Part shown: one piece after another, positions 1 through 13,630 of the stretch
Layout of the letters: each line of letters starts with the position of its first letter
How positions within the stretch are numbered: the stretch's first letter is position 1
NCBI GenBank assembly: GCA_951406725.2
Contig: OX597835.1
Coordinates: 1,984,001-2,048,000, forward strand
DNA length: 64,000 bases
Source: Octopus vulgaris
Lineage: Eukaryota
Direction of reading: 5' to 3'
The notes under the pieces: generated by a model
Told to the model about the DNA's origin: nothing
Seen by the model: the letters and a program-made list of their open reading frames with translations, nothing else
Database searches by the model: none
Position numbers and translations under genes: made by a program

Positions 1-1189
1 GGAAATTTCACCTCGACAGAATTTGAACTCAGAATGTAAAAAGATAGTCGTAAGTGGGACACTTTGGGTCTGCTTAATAAGGTGACCCAAGACCGAACAA
101 CGGACGCTTTCGAGTTCCTCTTTCGAATCAGGTCCACGAATCCTCCATCGCTATTTAGCCCCAACACTGTTCGAACAGGATTATGATTAAAGACATTCTA
201 ACCGCGACCATCCTGTTTTTTTTTTTTTTTTATTCAAACATTGGTGTCTCTAGGTCTAAATACACTTTTCTTTAAACATGTAGGGTGTGAGTTGAAGAAT
301 TGGCTGCTATTTCTAGCAAATCAAGCTCCCCTGTTGACTCATACGTTTTCATTATAATCTCCCTGGTGAATAAACAATAACCATCAATAAAACTGTCGGT
401 TTTACATAATTAATCAATTAAAGTTAATAACTCACGGACGCCACACATAAGAAAGACAATAATTTATGTAATGAGCATAAAAAAAATATGGCGATCTTTC
501 GTTTTATGTACATATAATGATAGGCAACTACAGAAAGCAATCGTCAAATCATGGCACAGTAAATCAGAGCTTTCATTTCGTAGGTCCCGACGATGCAGTG
601 TAGCATACAAACACAATAGAGGGACGGGGCTCATCGAAACACCATGCTTGGAACTTCAGATAATGTTCTTCCCCCAATATACATGAAGTTTCCTTGGTGT
701 TTATTTCTATAAATATAAGATATGGAGGATCTATTTACGAAATGAAGACTTCGGTTTACCACCAGTGTAATGGTTTGGTAACTGTTGTCCATCATAATAT
801 GTACAAAAAGAAAAACCGAGAAGTCACCAAATTTGCTCTAAATAGAAATACTTCTGCGGTGAGGAAAAAAACAAACCAAAACAATATTAGCTCAATGACT
901 AAATATTATTTTAATCAGAACGGTAAGGAGAGACATCTCCGGACATGTTTTGGCTTTATCTCTTGAGTCAAGGACACGAACAATTATCGCTTTTAGATAG
1001 CTGAATTGTTGCGGTTTAGCCTCAGGCCAATCTTGAGTCAGCAAACAGGATCAAAGATATTCCGTCCGTGATCATCCTGTCTTTTTATTCAACTTGGTCT
1101 AAATGGAGTGGGCGGAGACTTCATACAGTTCTTGATGAAGCAGTGATAAATAATTAACAGTACATAGAAATCTGCGATTTATATTTTGT

Positions 1190-1605
1190 TGTGGCTGTGT
1201 GGTAAGTAGCTTGCTTTACGAACCACATGGTTCCGGGTTCAGTCCCACTGCGTGACACCTTGGGCAAGTGTCTTCTACTATAGCCTCGGGCCGACCAAAG
1301 CCTTGTGGGTGGATTTGGTAGACGGAAACTGAAAGAAGCCCGTCGTATATATGTGTATATATGTATATTTATATATATATGTGTGTGTGTATATATTTTT
1401 GTGTCTGTGTCTGTCCCCCCAACATCGCTTGACAACCGATGATGATGATGTGTTTACGTCCCCGTAACTAAGCGGTTCGGCAAAAGTGACCGATAGAATA
1501 AGGACTAGGCTTACAAAGAATAAATCCTGGGGTCGATTTGCTCGACTAAAGGCGGTGCTCCAGCATGGCCACAGTCAAATGACTGAAACAAGAGAGTAAA
1601 GAGAG
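1190..1605 (+). mobile_element. SINE family A (tRNA head, CORE-like CTTGGGCAAG box, internal TA/TG microsatellite, GAGTAAAA tail); representative copy
   Basis: About 20 full or partial copies, e.g. 9492-9887(-), 11541-11930, 19834-20200, 24060-24420, 47341-47722, 51429-51822, 54223-54640, 58088-58470, 58814-59225 and 61995-62345(-). Confidence 0.9.
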
Positions 1606-4600
1606 GGTATAAGCGGTCACATTTTTGACGGGGGGGGGGGGTTTACCTCCAAAACCACATCGGCTTTTCAGTTCTTAGTGACAACACAAAAACTGACAAA
1701 AGCGAATTCAAATGAAAATATAAATTCTGTCCTTAAAACCTTTTCGTCACTATATTTCAGCCTATGGGCGTTTCAGTTAACTTTGAAAATAATCCATAAT
1801 CTTGAGAGATTTAGTAAAATAAGTAATTTTTTTCCCACCGTTATGCCCTGCTTGGAACAACGAAAATTTCCAACTAAAATTAAAATTATGATGTAAGATT
1901 TTAATTTAAATACGAACTTTTTAAAACAGACGGTTTTTTTTTTTTTATCAGGAAGGTTAAATGCTGATAAATCCTTCCCCACCCACCCATATTCAACCTC
2001 CAAATGTACTTTTACGTCTAGTATATTTCCTTGATGATTGTGTATTACTATTAATGCTTCTGGAATTTGATTTCTTGAGCCATCGAGATGGATTGTTTGG
2101 TCTCAAGTCAACACCGATCAACTACACCTTTCATCAAAAGCACTCAAGCTACGGCCATGCCAACTTTCTCAGACATAATGAAATCTAGGTCTTCGTTTAT
2201 CCAATGTATCCTCTCTTTTTTGTTATATAGCAGGGTTTGGCTTGAAGGAGATTTTGGCTGTAACTTCTAATAGTTCGTTAGGCTATATAGATGCTCTCTC
2301 GTAGGTCTTTGGTAAGCAACTAAAATTTATCTCAACACAAAAGCTAATAAACTGGAGTTACCTTCGAAATCCTGTAAAGAAACAAATCACACAACTCGCT
2401 GTATCTAATATCACTTGTTTGTTCATTGAAATCCAGAGTGTGACACAGTTTTTGCTAATCAACGACTTTAATAAATTATTCCAAACGTGTAAATATATTT
2501 ACCAACGCACTATTAATTTCAGCTCAAAACAGTTTACATAATTCTGACCTTATTTTCCCCTTAGAATTGTTGCACAATTCTTTGTAGGTCGACCAAATTT
2601 TCGTGAGTGAAATCGGGTTGACGAAAATTATATGAAAGCTCGTCAGTACCTGTCCAATGGTAACAGAATCTAATTTGTCGCCAGATATGACACACCATCA
2701 TCTATTCTTTGGGTGCTTTTAATAGAGCCGACACATTCGGATCAGATCTCGGCTCCGATATCTTGACGGGCAGCTTCCGATCGTTCAATTCATTGGATGC
2801 TACTTTTTCCTTGCTCGTATCCTCCACTAGTCTTTGAGGCCTTAGAAAAAAAAGTTACAGGTGCTGCCTTTCCTCTTCTGACTCAGCTATAAAACAAAAT
2901 TTATGAAGAGGGAGAAAAATCTAAGGAAGTAGAACCTATACTGCCGGCGGGGGTCTGTCTGCATTGCCACCATTTCAAGTCGACAAGTAACCATCCTAGA
3001 ATTTACTTTTTTATTCCGCACCATGCTCCATACCTCCACTTTACTACAGAGCATCTTCGCATAAATACCTGTTTCCCATTCCATAAATGTCACTTTTGGA
3101 TGAGATTTTTTAAACATTCTTTTAATAGATACACACTCAGGCGTTTAATGTTTAACGGAGAATACAGTATCTTAAATAGAAATAAAAAGGAAAACGACAA
3201 AAAGATATATTCAAGTTGAACTTATTACCAATATACAACGCATCCGGTTTTGGCACCCACACTGTGTCGCTGACTCAGCGATGGAACTACATATATATAT
3301 ACACATACACACCAAAATACAATAAATGGAGTATTTCCTCCTTAACTCAGCAAACGCCATCGATCTAATGACGTAATAAAGTACGGACATTATTAACCAC
3401 GAAGCATGACTCAAATCTGAACTCTTAAGAAAAGGTTGTTTACATTGACAATACATAAATGATAAAGTAAATCAGACATTAATCCCTCTCTGAGCAGCAC
3501 CTATTCAACCCACGATATTCAAAAGTGTTCTCGCTAGGACCATCAGCATTTTTCTCTCAAATGTTAAAGTCGAGTTGTTGGACAGAGACATGTCATTAAA
3601 AAATGACATGATCTAATATGGCCAGTCTACCCCACTTTTTTTTTCATTTTCTTAGAAATAGAATGTGATTGGAGAAAATATTAAGTCATTTCTAGAGGGT
3701 CGTGTGGCCACGCAGAAGCCTACCACCACCACCACCACCACCACCACCACCACTACCACACAGCTCACGTTGTTGTTGTTGGTGGTGGTGGTGGCGGTGT
3801 GGATGCTTCTACCAATACTGGGTTGCAAAGAAAGTCATTGTCAAGTCGAAATATTCGATGCTAATTCTAAATGGCAAAGTACTGATAGCACTTATCTCTG
3901 AGAGAAAACACAGAAACAAATATATATTCAAATGACGATGACGATGATGATGATGATGTTGTTGTAAAATGTATTTATGTAACAAATAGGAATTTATTCC
4001 AGTGTCTTGTTTCACGGTCTGGAATAGAGTGGTGGTGACAATTAGGCATATATTAGGCAAGAATGTAACCTCCATAAGAACGGTGGCTTGACCCGCTCGA
4101 AATAGCAGTCAAATCTCCCTCAAACCACACTGTCTTTAAGAAAAAAAGAATGATACATAGGGGAGTGTGGTATCCTATATACGGTTTGAATCATGAGCTT
4201 AATGTCAAAACCCAAAAGACACATAACAGAATCCCTCAAAACAGTTCAGCCTCTGGCCCACATGCATCTTCATGCTCTGCCTTCCTAGGAGGAATGATTA
4301 GTTAGCTACTATCCTGACTCCTATGCCTAATTCTTTCCTTCCAGCCCATATTTTCCCTGGGGTAGTTCGCTATCTGTTGTTCACAAAGAGTACCAATTGT
4401 AACAACGTCCACATCAAACCAAATAAAAATGTGGATTTCACTTATATTTGAAAGTCTGATGCCTTTTTTTTTTTTTAATCACACAACTTGTATATTTAAC
4501 GACAGGTTCAGGAATTTGGAGGAGCTAATAGGTAACACTGTAGTTAAGAAGCTCACTACCCAGCCACATAGTTTCAGAGTCAGTCCCATTTTACAGCAAC

Positions 4601-5097
4601 TTGGGGAAGTCTTCTACTATAACCTTGGGCCTACCAAAAACTTGTGAATGAAGATGTAAACGGAAACTGAAAGAAGCCTGTCGTATATGCGTGTGTGTGT
4701 AGGATCTTCAGATATTGGGCTACACTGAGACTTCTGGCAGTTAGACGCGTTTGAGAAGAGACGCCAAGCTAAGTAAAACTGTGGCTATCCACGCATACAG
4801 GCATGTCCCCTACATCCCTCTCTCAGCCAAGAAATCCTAGTCTTGCAGGCTATAGGGTACTGATGCCACATAAAAGTACCTGTGCCAGTGACATGTAAAA
4901 GTGCTTGCGCCAGTGCCATGCAAATGCACCCACTACACTCTGCAAAGTGGTTGGTGTTAGGAAGGGCATCCAGCCATAGAAACCATACCAAAACTGACGA
5001 TTGGAACCTGGCCAACTCTCCAGCTGGCCAGCTCTGGTCCAACTGTCCAACTCATGCCAGCATGGAAAATGGATGTTAAATGATGATGATGATATAT

Positions 5098-5346
5098 ATA
5101 GGAGCACTCCATCGGTTACAAGAGTCCCAGCTGATACGATCAACGGAACAGCTTGCTCGTGAAATTAACGTGCAAGTGGCTGAGTGCTCCACAGACACGT
5201 GTACTCTTAATGAAGTTCTCAAGGAGATTCAGTGTGACACAGAGTGTGACAAGGCTGGCCTTTAGAAATACAGGTGCAACTCATTTTTGCCAGCCGAGTG
5301 GACTGGAGCAATGTGATATAAAGTGTCTTGCTCAAGGACACAACGC
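5098..5346 (-). mobile_element. 5'-truncated SINE with CORE-like GTGTCCTTGAGCAAGACACTT box
   Basis: The reverse complement begins gcgttgtgtccttgagcaagacacttt, a typical post-tRNA SINE core. Confidence 0.6.
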
Positions 5347-7837
5347 ATATATAAAGGTGAATATATATTTATTTAACCATATGACTTCCATAGGATTCTG
5401 ACATTTCATAACCTTCTTCGTGTACTATTAATTTCATTTGGAAGAAATCATTAGAGTTGAAACCATGATGTTTCGGTGATCTGATGACCTAGCCTCCTTT
5501 GTTTGCATTCATTTGTGATTATAAAATAGTATTCTATGATGCTGAGTGTACGTATTCAGGCAAACATATACACATGATTTCTCCCATACTAAAATTCATC
5601 TTACATGAAGAAAGGAGGTTGTGAAATGGCTGTAATCCTATGGTAGCAACATGATTAAATATATATATTCACTTCTCGTACCTTCTGACTTTATGGCTTT
5701 ACATAATCCTTAATAAATAATTTCATTGATCTGGTTTTCTGGATTTTCAGTTACTGAGAACTTTTCTACTTTACACTTCTTTGTAATTAATTACTATGTG
5801 AACCGGCAGCCGAGTTTGTAAGAGGAGCTTTCCCTGATACCTGCATGAGTCTCTGAATTCACATCTTATACTACTTATGTGTGTGTGTATATATATACAT
5901 ATATATACACACACATACATATATATAAATATATATACATATATACATACATATATATACATGTATACTCTTTTACTTGTTTCAGTCATTTGACTACGGC
6001 CATGCTGGAGCACCACTTTTAGTCGAATTAATCGACCCCAGGACTTATTCTTTGTTAGCCTTGTACTTATTCTATCGTCTTTTTGCTGAACTGCTATGTG
6101 ACAGGGATGTAAACAAACCAACATCAGTTGCATAGCGATGGTGAGAGGACAAACACTGCACTGTTACAAACAGAAAATTCATACAAACGTATCATCGTTT
6201 AACATCCGTTCTTCATGCTAGCATGGGTTGGATGGTTCGACTGGGGTCTGGGAAGCCAGGAGGCTGCACCAGGCTCCAGTCTGATCTGGCAGTGTTTCTA
6301 CAGCTGGATGCCCTTCCTAACGCCAACCACTCCGTGGGTGTAGTGGGTGATTTTTACGTGTCACCTGCACAGGTGCCAGGGGAGGCTGGCATCGGCCACG
6401 CTCGGATTGGTGCATTTTACATGCCACCGGCATGGAAGCCATTCAAGGCGGCGCTGGCATCGGCCACGATTCGGATGGTGCTTTTTACGTGCCACCGGCA
6501 CGGAAGCCAGTCATATATATATATATATATATATGTATGTATACATATACAATGGGCTTCTTTCATTTTCCATCAACCAAATCCATGCACAAGGCATGTG
6601 GATAAATACAGTGGGGGGAAATAAATTCGTACATGTCAAAATTCTTTATTTAATTTCTAATTAACATAAATGGGATATACCAATACTATACTTGCGTACA
6701 CATGCATAGACTAAGAATATGCAAAAGAAACTAATAAATTATAGTAACTAAGGAATTTATATTCAATTATAAATATTTAGGGGTGAAAAAAGTATTCGTA
6801 CAGAACATAAATAACTGATAATTCTAATTCAATACTTCGTAGCATGAGATTTTTAAGCATTGGGACAAGAGCCACCTGATTAACAAGAGATAAGACCTAA
6901 GGGTGTCATGCTCACATAGGGTCACCTGAACATTTAAATATTTTCGAAATTAGCGTTTTATAGGTGCCATGCTTGAACTTGTATGATGGAAACTAATTTT
7001 TAATTTTTAGTGTTGTATCTGACTAAACTTACCCTCTAGTATTACATATATATAAATAAATCATGGTATATTGAGTTATATGATAAATTAAAGTACATTG
7101 CATATATTATAAGCTATATTGTATAATAGTGTGCTAAATGTAGCTACTTTCCTATGAATATTCCTGCCTCGTTAATCTGACTTCATGATTAAACTATTCA
7201 TTCCTTTCTATGGTGTTCTACCCAACTCATCATATTATGCATTTTTATAATGGCCTTTATCTAAGTAGACATCCTAATTATGTACCCCTAGGAAATTATA
7301 ATATCATCTATGTAATAGCACCGGTAAATGTAAAACTTATAATATACCTCTTTGGTCTAAATACCTCAAAATGCCCTCACTATTCCCATACCTTTTGCTT
7401 CTTCTTTGAGGTTATCTTTATCTCTCCCCTACTTCAAATTTTAATACCCTGTCTCTTTAAAATGTAAGGTCTTATATATATCTTCTCTTACTAGTCTCTA
7501 TATTTTCTTATTTATTTTGATATCTTTACCCATTAACCTCTTATCCATTTATAAATTGTTACTGTTCTTAAATAGAAATATATAATTTCTAGTTAATTGA
7601 CTCTAAGAGAGTTAATTATATTGTATCCATAATAATGTATAAATATTTGTGTATATTTGCATGTGTACACATAGATAAATATATGTGTTTCTTTACACAG
7701 CTTTTATTTTGACCGTTTTTTTCTTCTTCTGATTCTTAGCTTATAATTGATATATAGATCGCATGTTTCATTGCCCCAGTACTCCATTAGTAAATACCCA
7801 GAGCAGTCTTTATAGAAACCACCTAATAAGTAAATAA

Positions 7838-8230
7838 TCTCTATATATAAAACTGTCTTTATATATAAAAGTCAAGTTGTGTGTCTGTCTCCTACAATTT
7901 AGATTCCTAACTACTCCCACATTTTGCGGTGCAGTGTAACCAAAAGCAGGTAACTTATAGTCGTGATTCATATCAAGCCCTTCTGGGTATTAGCGCGCGT
8001 CTACGATGAGTCTACGATTTAAAAAATAATTTACCATTATTTTTTTCCATTTTAATGCATTTTTCGCTATTATATAAGGGAAGTAACTCTCTAAAATGTC
8101 TATGATGAGTCAACGATTTAAAACAAAATTTACCATCATTTTTTACCCATTTTTTTGCTATTTTTTGGCTATAACTCTCTAAAAATGCTTATATAATTAT
8201 TTCCCTTACAAACCCGGGCGATACTGCTAG
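7838..8230 (+). mobile_element. Non-autonomous Helitron, same family
   Basis: A|TC start, CTAG|T end, body matches 49587-50222; the 3' hairpin is partly deleted. Confidence 0.85.
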
Positions 8231-8347
8231 TTAAGTATATGAATGAAGATGTAATCTCAGATTTCCCTTGATACTTCCTATATCTCTCCCTTTCCAAAAT
8301 AACTTCTTACATTGAACTCTATTTCTTTCTATTTAACTCTCTTGTAT

Positions 8348-8397
8348 CACCTCTGATGATGGGATATCTTTTATATCCCTGAAACAGCTGTTAAGAC
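8348..8397 (+). ncRNA. Type-I hammerhead ribozyme motif (stem I decayed)
   Basis: CTGATGA-t-GGGATAT ctttt ATATCCC-t-GAAA-CAGCTG-TT, with palindromic ACAGCTGT stem III. Confidence 0.65.
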
Positions 8398-8604
8398 TAC
8401 CCTTCTCTTTATAAAATGTCCAAGAAATTTCACCCTGCCTTGGCTTTGTTTACTCATTTTATCTAACCTATACAGGTTCACACACAACCCACGTTAGATT
8501 CCTCACTCATACTATTATTGAACCGGGAGTCTAACAGTGGTCCTCCTGTAGCACTTACACAGCCTTACCTACCTTTTGGATCTACTGGATACCAAAACCT
8601 CTCA

Positions 8605-8643
<39 letters not shown>

Positions 8644-9894
8644 TATATATATCATCTTCATCATTTAACTTCTGTTTTCTATGCTGGCATGGGTTGGATG
8701 GTTTGACAGGAGCTGGCCAGATTTCATGTCTGTTTTGGCATGGTTTCTACGGTTGGATGCCTTTCCTAACACTAACCACTCCACAGAACGTACTGGGTGC
8801 TTTCACATAGCACCTGCACAGGTGCGTTTACAAGGTATCAATACAGGTGCTTTTTACATGGCACCAGCACCCACAATCCCAAAAGATAAGGAACGCTCAG
8901 CTGGAGAAGGACGCAGGAGACATGCCTGTATGCAAGGACAAGCACGCATTTACTTAGCATGATGTTTTCTTAAGCACAGCAAACAACCAAGAGTCTTGGA
9001 CCCGTCATCCCCTCGAGTAATTTATTATTTTCATTCATTTTTAAGTCTATTTTTCTGGGCTAGCATGGTTCAGACAAATATATAACTGAAGCACTGTTTT
9101 ACAGCTAGATGCCCTGCCTGTCCATACCTCTTACCTGATTTTCAGATAAGGGATCTCCTATTTCACATATCTTCAAAGGGACAAAAGCCAGTAGATGATT
9201 TGCTGACAGGAAAAATGACATCACTGGTTGTCGCTCTTGATATTAAGAAAACTGCAAATGTAAACACACAGGTACTCACACACACACACACACACATATA
9301 CGACAGTCTTCTTTCAGTTTCTGTCTCCCAAATCCCTTCACAATGGTTTGGTGAGCTCAGAGCCATCCATCCATCCATTTTCATGGAATAGTCATGAGGT
9401 TAGAATCATTAAGACCCTCAGCTCTAAGGTCTTATCAGAAGCAACCGTCACCACACTTTCCAGCTGAATTCCCAAGCGTAACCAACACTTTCTCTTTTAC
9501 TTGTTTCAGTCATTTGACTGCGGCCATGCTGGAGCACCGCCCTTCAATAAAATCAACCCCAGGACTTATTCTTTGGAAGCATAGTACTTACTCTATCGTT
9601 CTCTTTTGCCGAACCACTAAGTTACAGGGACGTAAACACACCACCATCGGTTGTCAAACAATGTTGGGGGGACAAACACAGACACACAAACATATATATA
9701 CACACATGCATATATATATATACAAATATATATGATGAGCTTCTTTCAGTTTCCGTCTACCAAATCCACTCATAAGGCTTTGGTCGGCCCAAAGCTATAG
9801 TAGAAGACACTTGCCCAAGGTGCCATGCAGTGAGAATGAACCCGGAACCATGTGGTTGGTAAGCAAGCTGCTTACCACACAGCCACATAGATAT

Positions 9895-10690
9895 TATCTG
9901 AGCATCTTGGTCTTCATCTACCTCTAGTTTTCCTGCCTGTTGCCTTGGCTTGAAGAATCTGTCTTGCAATTCTTTCCTGCAACATTTTAATCACATGAGC
10001 ATAGTACTGGAGCCATAACCCCTCAATGCAGAGTAGTGGCTCCACCTGGAGAGACTTCCTTATACCCGAGGTATTCATCCTGTTAAGTAACATTACTCCA
10101 GAGACCGTTAAGAGGAACATCTTTTCAAGCACTTGTATCCACCAAGATTCATGACCACAGGTGAGCATAGATACAAACACCAAATTGAAGATGGCAAGTT
10201 TGGTCCTTTTTTACCAATCTCATATGAGGATAGAATGCTGGAAAAGGTACATTACAGTACCAACACCTGCAGTTCTAGCATCCAATTCATCCTCCTGCTT
10301 CCCATCATTCATAAAAATGGCCCTGAGATACTTAAACATCTCTACTTGTCTCTCTGATGGTCCACTAACATGCAGAGTGTACTGCGAAGACATTCTTGTG
10401 AGAATCAATTCCTCAATCTTTGCAAAACCAGTCTTCATCCTTACCTTGCAGCACTTGCAGTGAACCTATTCAGTGCATGCTGGAGGTCACCTTCAGATGA
10501 GCCAAGTGACACCATGTTGTCTGCAAATATCAGACGACAAATCTTACACCCACAGATTGTTATATCACTTCCACAATGGCTGTACATGTCAATCCATTCA
10601 TAAAAAGTATGTAAAGGAGAGGTGACAATATGCACCCTTGCTGAAGTCCAACACCCCCATTGAAAGGTTTTAACCTAGCACTATTTACAT
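9895..10690 (-). mobile_element. RTE-clade LINE reverse-transcriptase 3' fragment
   Basis: LQQGCILSPLL, LIFADNMV...DLQHALNRF and QVEMFKYL...DGKQEDELDAR; frameshifted. Confidence 0.85.
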
Positions 10691-10894
10691 GAATTTAAGC
10701 ATTGGGACATCTGTATATGCCTACAGCTCAGAGCTATAGTAGAAAACCCTGTCACACAGTGGGACTGAGCTCATTATCATATAGTTGGTAAGTGAATTGC
10801 TGCCCTTGTTAATGAAAACATTTAGAATATTTGTACTATGGTTTCAAAAGACTACTGACAGATAAAATGTGAGGCCTGATCCAGCTTTTATGTG

Positions 10895-11072
10895 GTCATT
10901 TGACTTGCTAGAAACAGCAGCTAAATTTCCTTCAAATCACACTCTATCAACTTTGAAAAAGGAGAGATACATTAAACATTGTGGTCATAGATATATATAA
11001 GACATTGTCATGGCTGGAATATTTCTGATCCAATATTTGCCGGATCAGAGTTGATCTGGGGTTCAACAACAA
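10895..11072 (+). repeat. Dispersed repeat (CTGCTAGAAATAGCAGCCAAATCTCCCTCAAATCACAC...GGGGCTAAACAAC), probably a retroposon 3' end
   Basis: Diverged copies lie at ~150-330(-), 2185-2300(-), 4085-4180, 13875-13990(-), 14025-14175, 16575-16745, 27670-27860(-) and 35130-35225. Confidence 0.7.
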
Positions 11073-11697
11073 GAAATGATTTCTAACAAAGAAACTTCAA
11101 ATTTTGTGTGGAAAATATGATTACATTGAGGACTATTTTGTTGGTACTTTATTTTATCAATCCTGGAAGGATGAAAAGCAAAGTCAACTTTAGTAGGATT
11201 TTAACTGGGAACATGCAAAATGTAATTAAATAATTAGGTCCTGCATAACTGTAGGGTCAATACATTTTTCTCAGTGCTCTATCCAGTGATACATAATCTA
11301 TTACTACAATTGACAGTGTATCGCATCTCTCAGTTTGTCCATCCTCAAGGGAGATAACTTTGGTCACTATATGCTAAGTCTTACCTGTTATATGCCAGAT
11401 AATGTTGGGACTATTTTTGCCACACATAATTAATTGGTAGTTAAAAGTATATTGTTGCTATTGGTAACTATAAGCACAATAATGAGAAATTTGTTTTATT
11501 TAAAATTTATTTTACGTTAGTAAATATTTTCATTTTGAATGAGTGGCTGTGTGGTAAGTAGCTTGCTGACCAACAACATTACCAACTGGGTTCAGTCCCA
11601 CTGCATGGCACCTTGGGCAAGTGTCTTCTACTATGGCCTCGGGCTGACCAAAGCCTTGTGAATGGATTTGATAATTAGAAACTGAAAGAAGCCCATC

Positions 11698-11733
<36 letters not shown>

Positions 11734-11940
11734 TTGTGTCTGTTTGTCTGCCCACCATCGCTTGACAACCAATGTTGGTGTGTTTATGTCTCTATAGCTT
11801 AGTGGTTCGGCAAAAGAGACCGATAAAATAAGTACTAGACTTACAAAGAATAAGTCCTGGGGTCAATTTGTTCAACTAAAGGCAGTGCTCCAGCATGGCC
11901 ACAGTCAAATGACTGAAATGAATGAAAGAAAGAATGAATT

Positions 11941-12431
11941 CAGTTCTATATTTAAGAGATGAGGAATTATGTACATTACTTACATTTGAAGGACATTTGT
12001 CCTCATCTTGTTTGTTGTTAACACAGCATTTTGGCTGATATATCCTCCAGCCTTCATCAGGTGTTTTGGGGAAATTTCAAACCTGGGTTCTCATTCCTAA
12101 GGTATTTTTTGATGTTTTTATTATTGTTCAGGTCACTGCTTGGAATCGAACTCGGAATCTTAGGTGAGTGACCCGCGCTCTTATACTTGTGGGCATATGG
12201 CATAGTGATTAAGAGTGCAGGCTACTAACCCCAAGATTCCAAGTTCGATTCCAAGCAGTGACCTGAACAATAATATTAATAATAATAATAACATCGAAAA
12301 ATACCTTGGAAATGAGAACCCAGGTTCGAAATTTTCCAAAGACACCTGATGAAGGCTGGAGGGTATATCAGCCAAAACGTGTTAACAACAAACAAGATGA
12401 GGACAAATATCCATCAAATGTAAATAATGTA
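11941..12431. mobile_element. Family F: head-to-head pair of tRNA-headed, hammerhead-bearing retroposons
   Basis: Minus copy 11941-12182 and plus copy 12187-12431. Flanking 13-bp direct repeat AAGAATGAATTCA (11930-11942, 12431-12443). A/B boxes and a CTGATGA-aggctg...cagcc-(G)AAA motif are present. Confidence 0.8.
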
Positions 12432-12824
12432 AGAATGAATTCATTTCATTATTTTGTATGAGCACCATGAAACTTGAATAAAATACACCCATAATTATTG
12501 TAGCTATGTAACATTACCTGAAATTACCCAGTGTCACAAGTATATTCTCAACATCAGATCTCATTTGATGAGTAACGCTCTAATGATAGGAATAAGAAAA
12601 ATTTTTTTGAATAATGTTGCTCAAGCAATGTCTGACTCAAAATCAAATAGAAAACACCTCTACAAGTGTGAATCCAGTTTACATTGATGGGTGTGAGGCA
12701 CAAACAACAGTTCTGAGAAAGTTGCTGGACTGCTACCATTGGTTACAAGTTTACTGAAGCCAACGTTTTATGTCTTTGAGCTACTCATAAAACTGTTCCT
12801 AGTTGTTGTTATTATTATTATTAT

Positions 12825-13630
12825 TGTGGCAATCTGGCAGAATCGTTAGTAAAACCAGGCAAAATGCAGAGCAGTATTTCACCCATCCTTATGTTCTGAG
12901 TTCAAATTCCGCCAGGTCAACTTTGCCTTTCACCCTTTCAAAACTGGGGTCGATGTAATCGACCAGTCCTCTCCCACCAAATTCCAGGCCTTGTGCCTTT
13001 AGTAGAAAAGATTATTATTATTGTTATTATGATTGTGGCAAGCTAGCAGAATTGCTAGCATGCCAGACAAAATGCCATTTCTACGTTCTGAGTTCAAATT
13101 CTGCCGAGGTCAACTTTGCCTTTCATCCTCTCAGGGTCGATAAAATAAGTACCGGTTGAGCACTGGGGTCGATGCAATTGACTTACACACTCCCACGAAA
13201 TTGCTGGCCTTGTGCCAACATTTCCAACCATTATTATTATTATTATTATTATTATTCCTCAAGCAGTAAGCTGGTAGCATCATTACTGCACCAAATAAAA
13301 TGCTTAGTAAGATTTCTTTGAGCTCCTTACTTTCTGAGTTCAAATACCTTTGAGGTCAATAAAATAAGTACTAGTTAAGCACTAGTGTCAATGTAATTGA
13401 CTAGCCCCCTCCCCCAAAACTCAGGCCTTGAGACTATATTAGAAACAAAGGTGGCAAGCTAGTAGAATCATCAGTAGACCAGACAAAAATGCCTGGTGGC
13501 ATTCCTTCTGGCTTTATCGTCCGAGTTAAAATGGTCGGCAAAATAAAGTACCAGCCAAGGGGTGCAGTCAGTGTAATTAACTTATCCCTTCACTTAAAAT
13601 TGCTGGCCTTGTGCCACCATTTGAAAGTAT
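12825..13630 (+). mobile_element. Four tandem copies of SINE family B (tRNA-like head, Nin/Deu-like GCCTTTCATCCTTTCGGGGTCGATAAA domain, (TTA)n tail)
   Basis: Repeated GGC.AGCTGGCAGAATCGTTAGC...GAGTTCAAAT units separated by (TTA)n. Other copies lie at 21788-22000, 26460-26660 and 50878-51268. Confidence 0.85.

Larger units (their letters stand above)
6660..8600 (+). mobile_element. Highly decayed Penelope-like element interrupted by a Helitron
   Basis: HEIFKHWDKSHLINKR*DLRVSCSHR (~6843-6920) resembles the LNKR.EL...C.H end of PLE endonucleases. An AT-rich body and the hammerhead at 8348 follow. Confidence 0.55.

Noticed and set aside
471-3120. Exon-like patches at ~583-686 (+) and ~2700-2840 (-)
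   Set aside because: The acceptors are plausible, but the peptides are unrecognised and cannot be joined into a supported gene model.
3722-3800. (CAC)n facing (GTG)n hairpin
   Set aside because: Adjacent complementary microsatellites are common in this sequence and have no supporting context.
12187-12262. Possible tRNA genes (also the heads of families A, B and E)
   Set aside because: They have A/B boxes but no clear acceptor stem or terminator and continue into repeat bodies, so they are SINE heads.
12450-12565. SLC22-like N-terminus (MRSDVENILVTLGNF...)
   Set aside because: The resemblance is superficial; a stop follows in both genomic and spliced readings and no other transporter exons were found.
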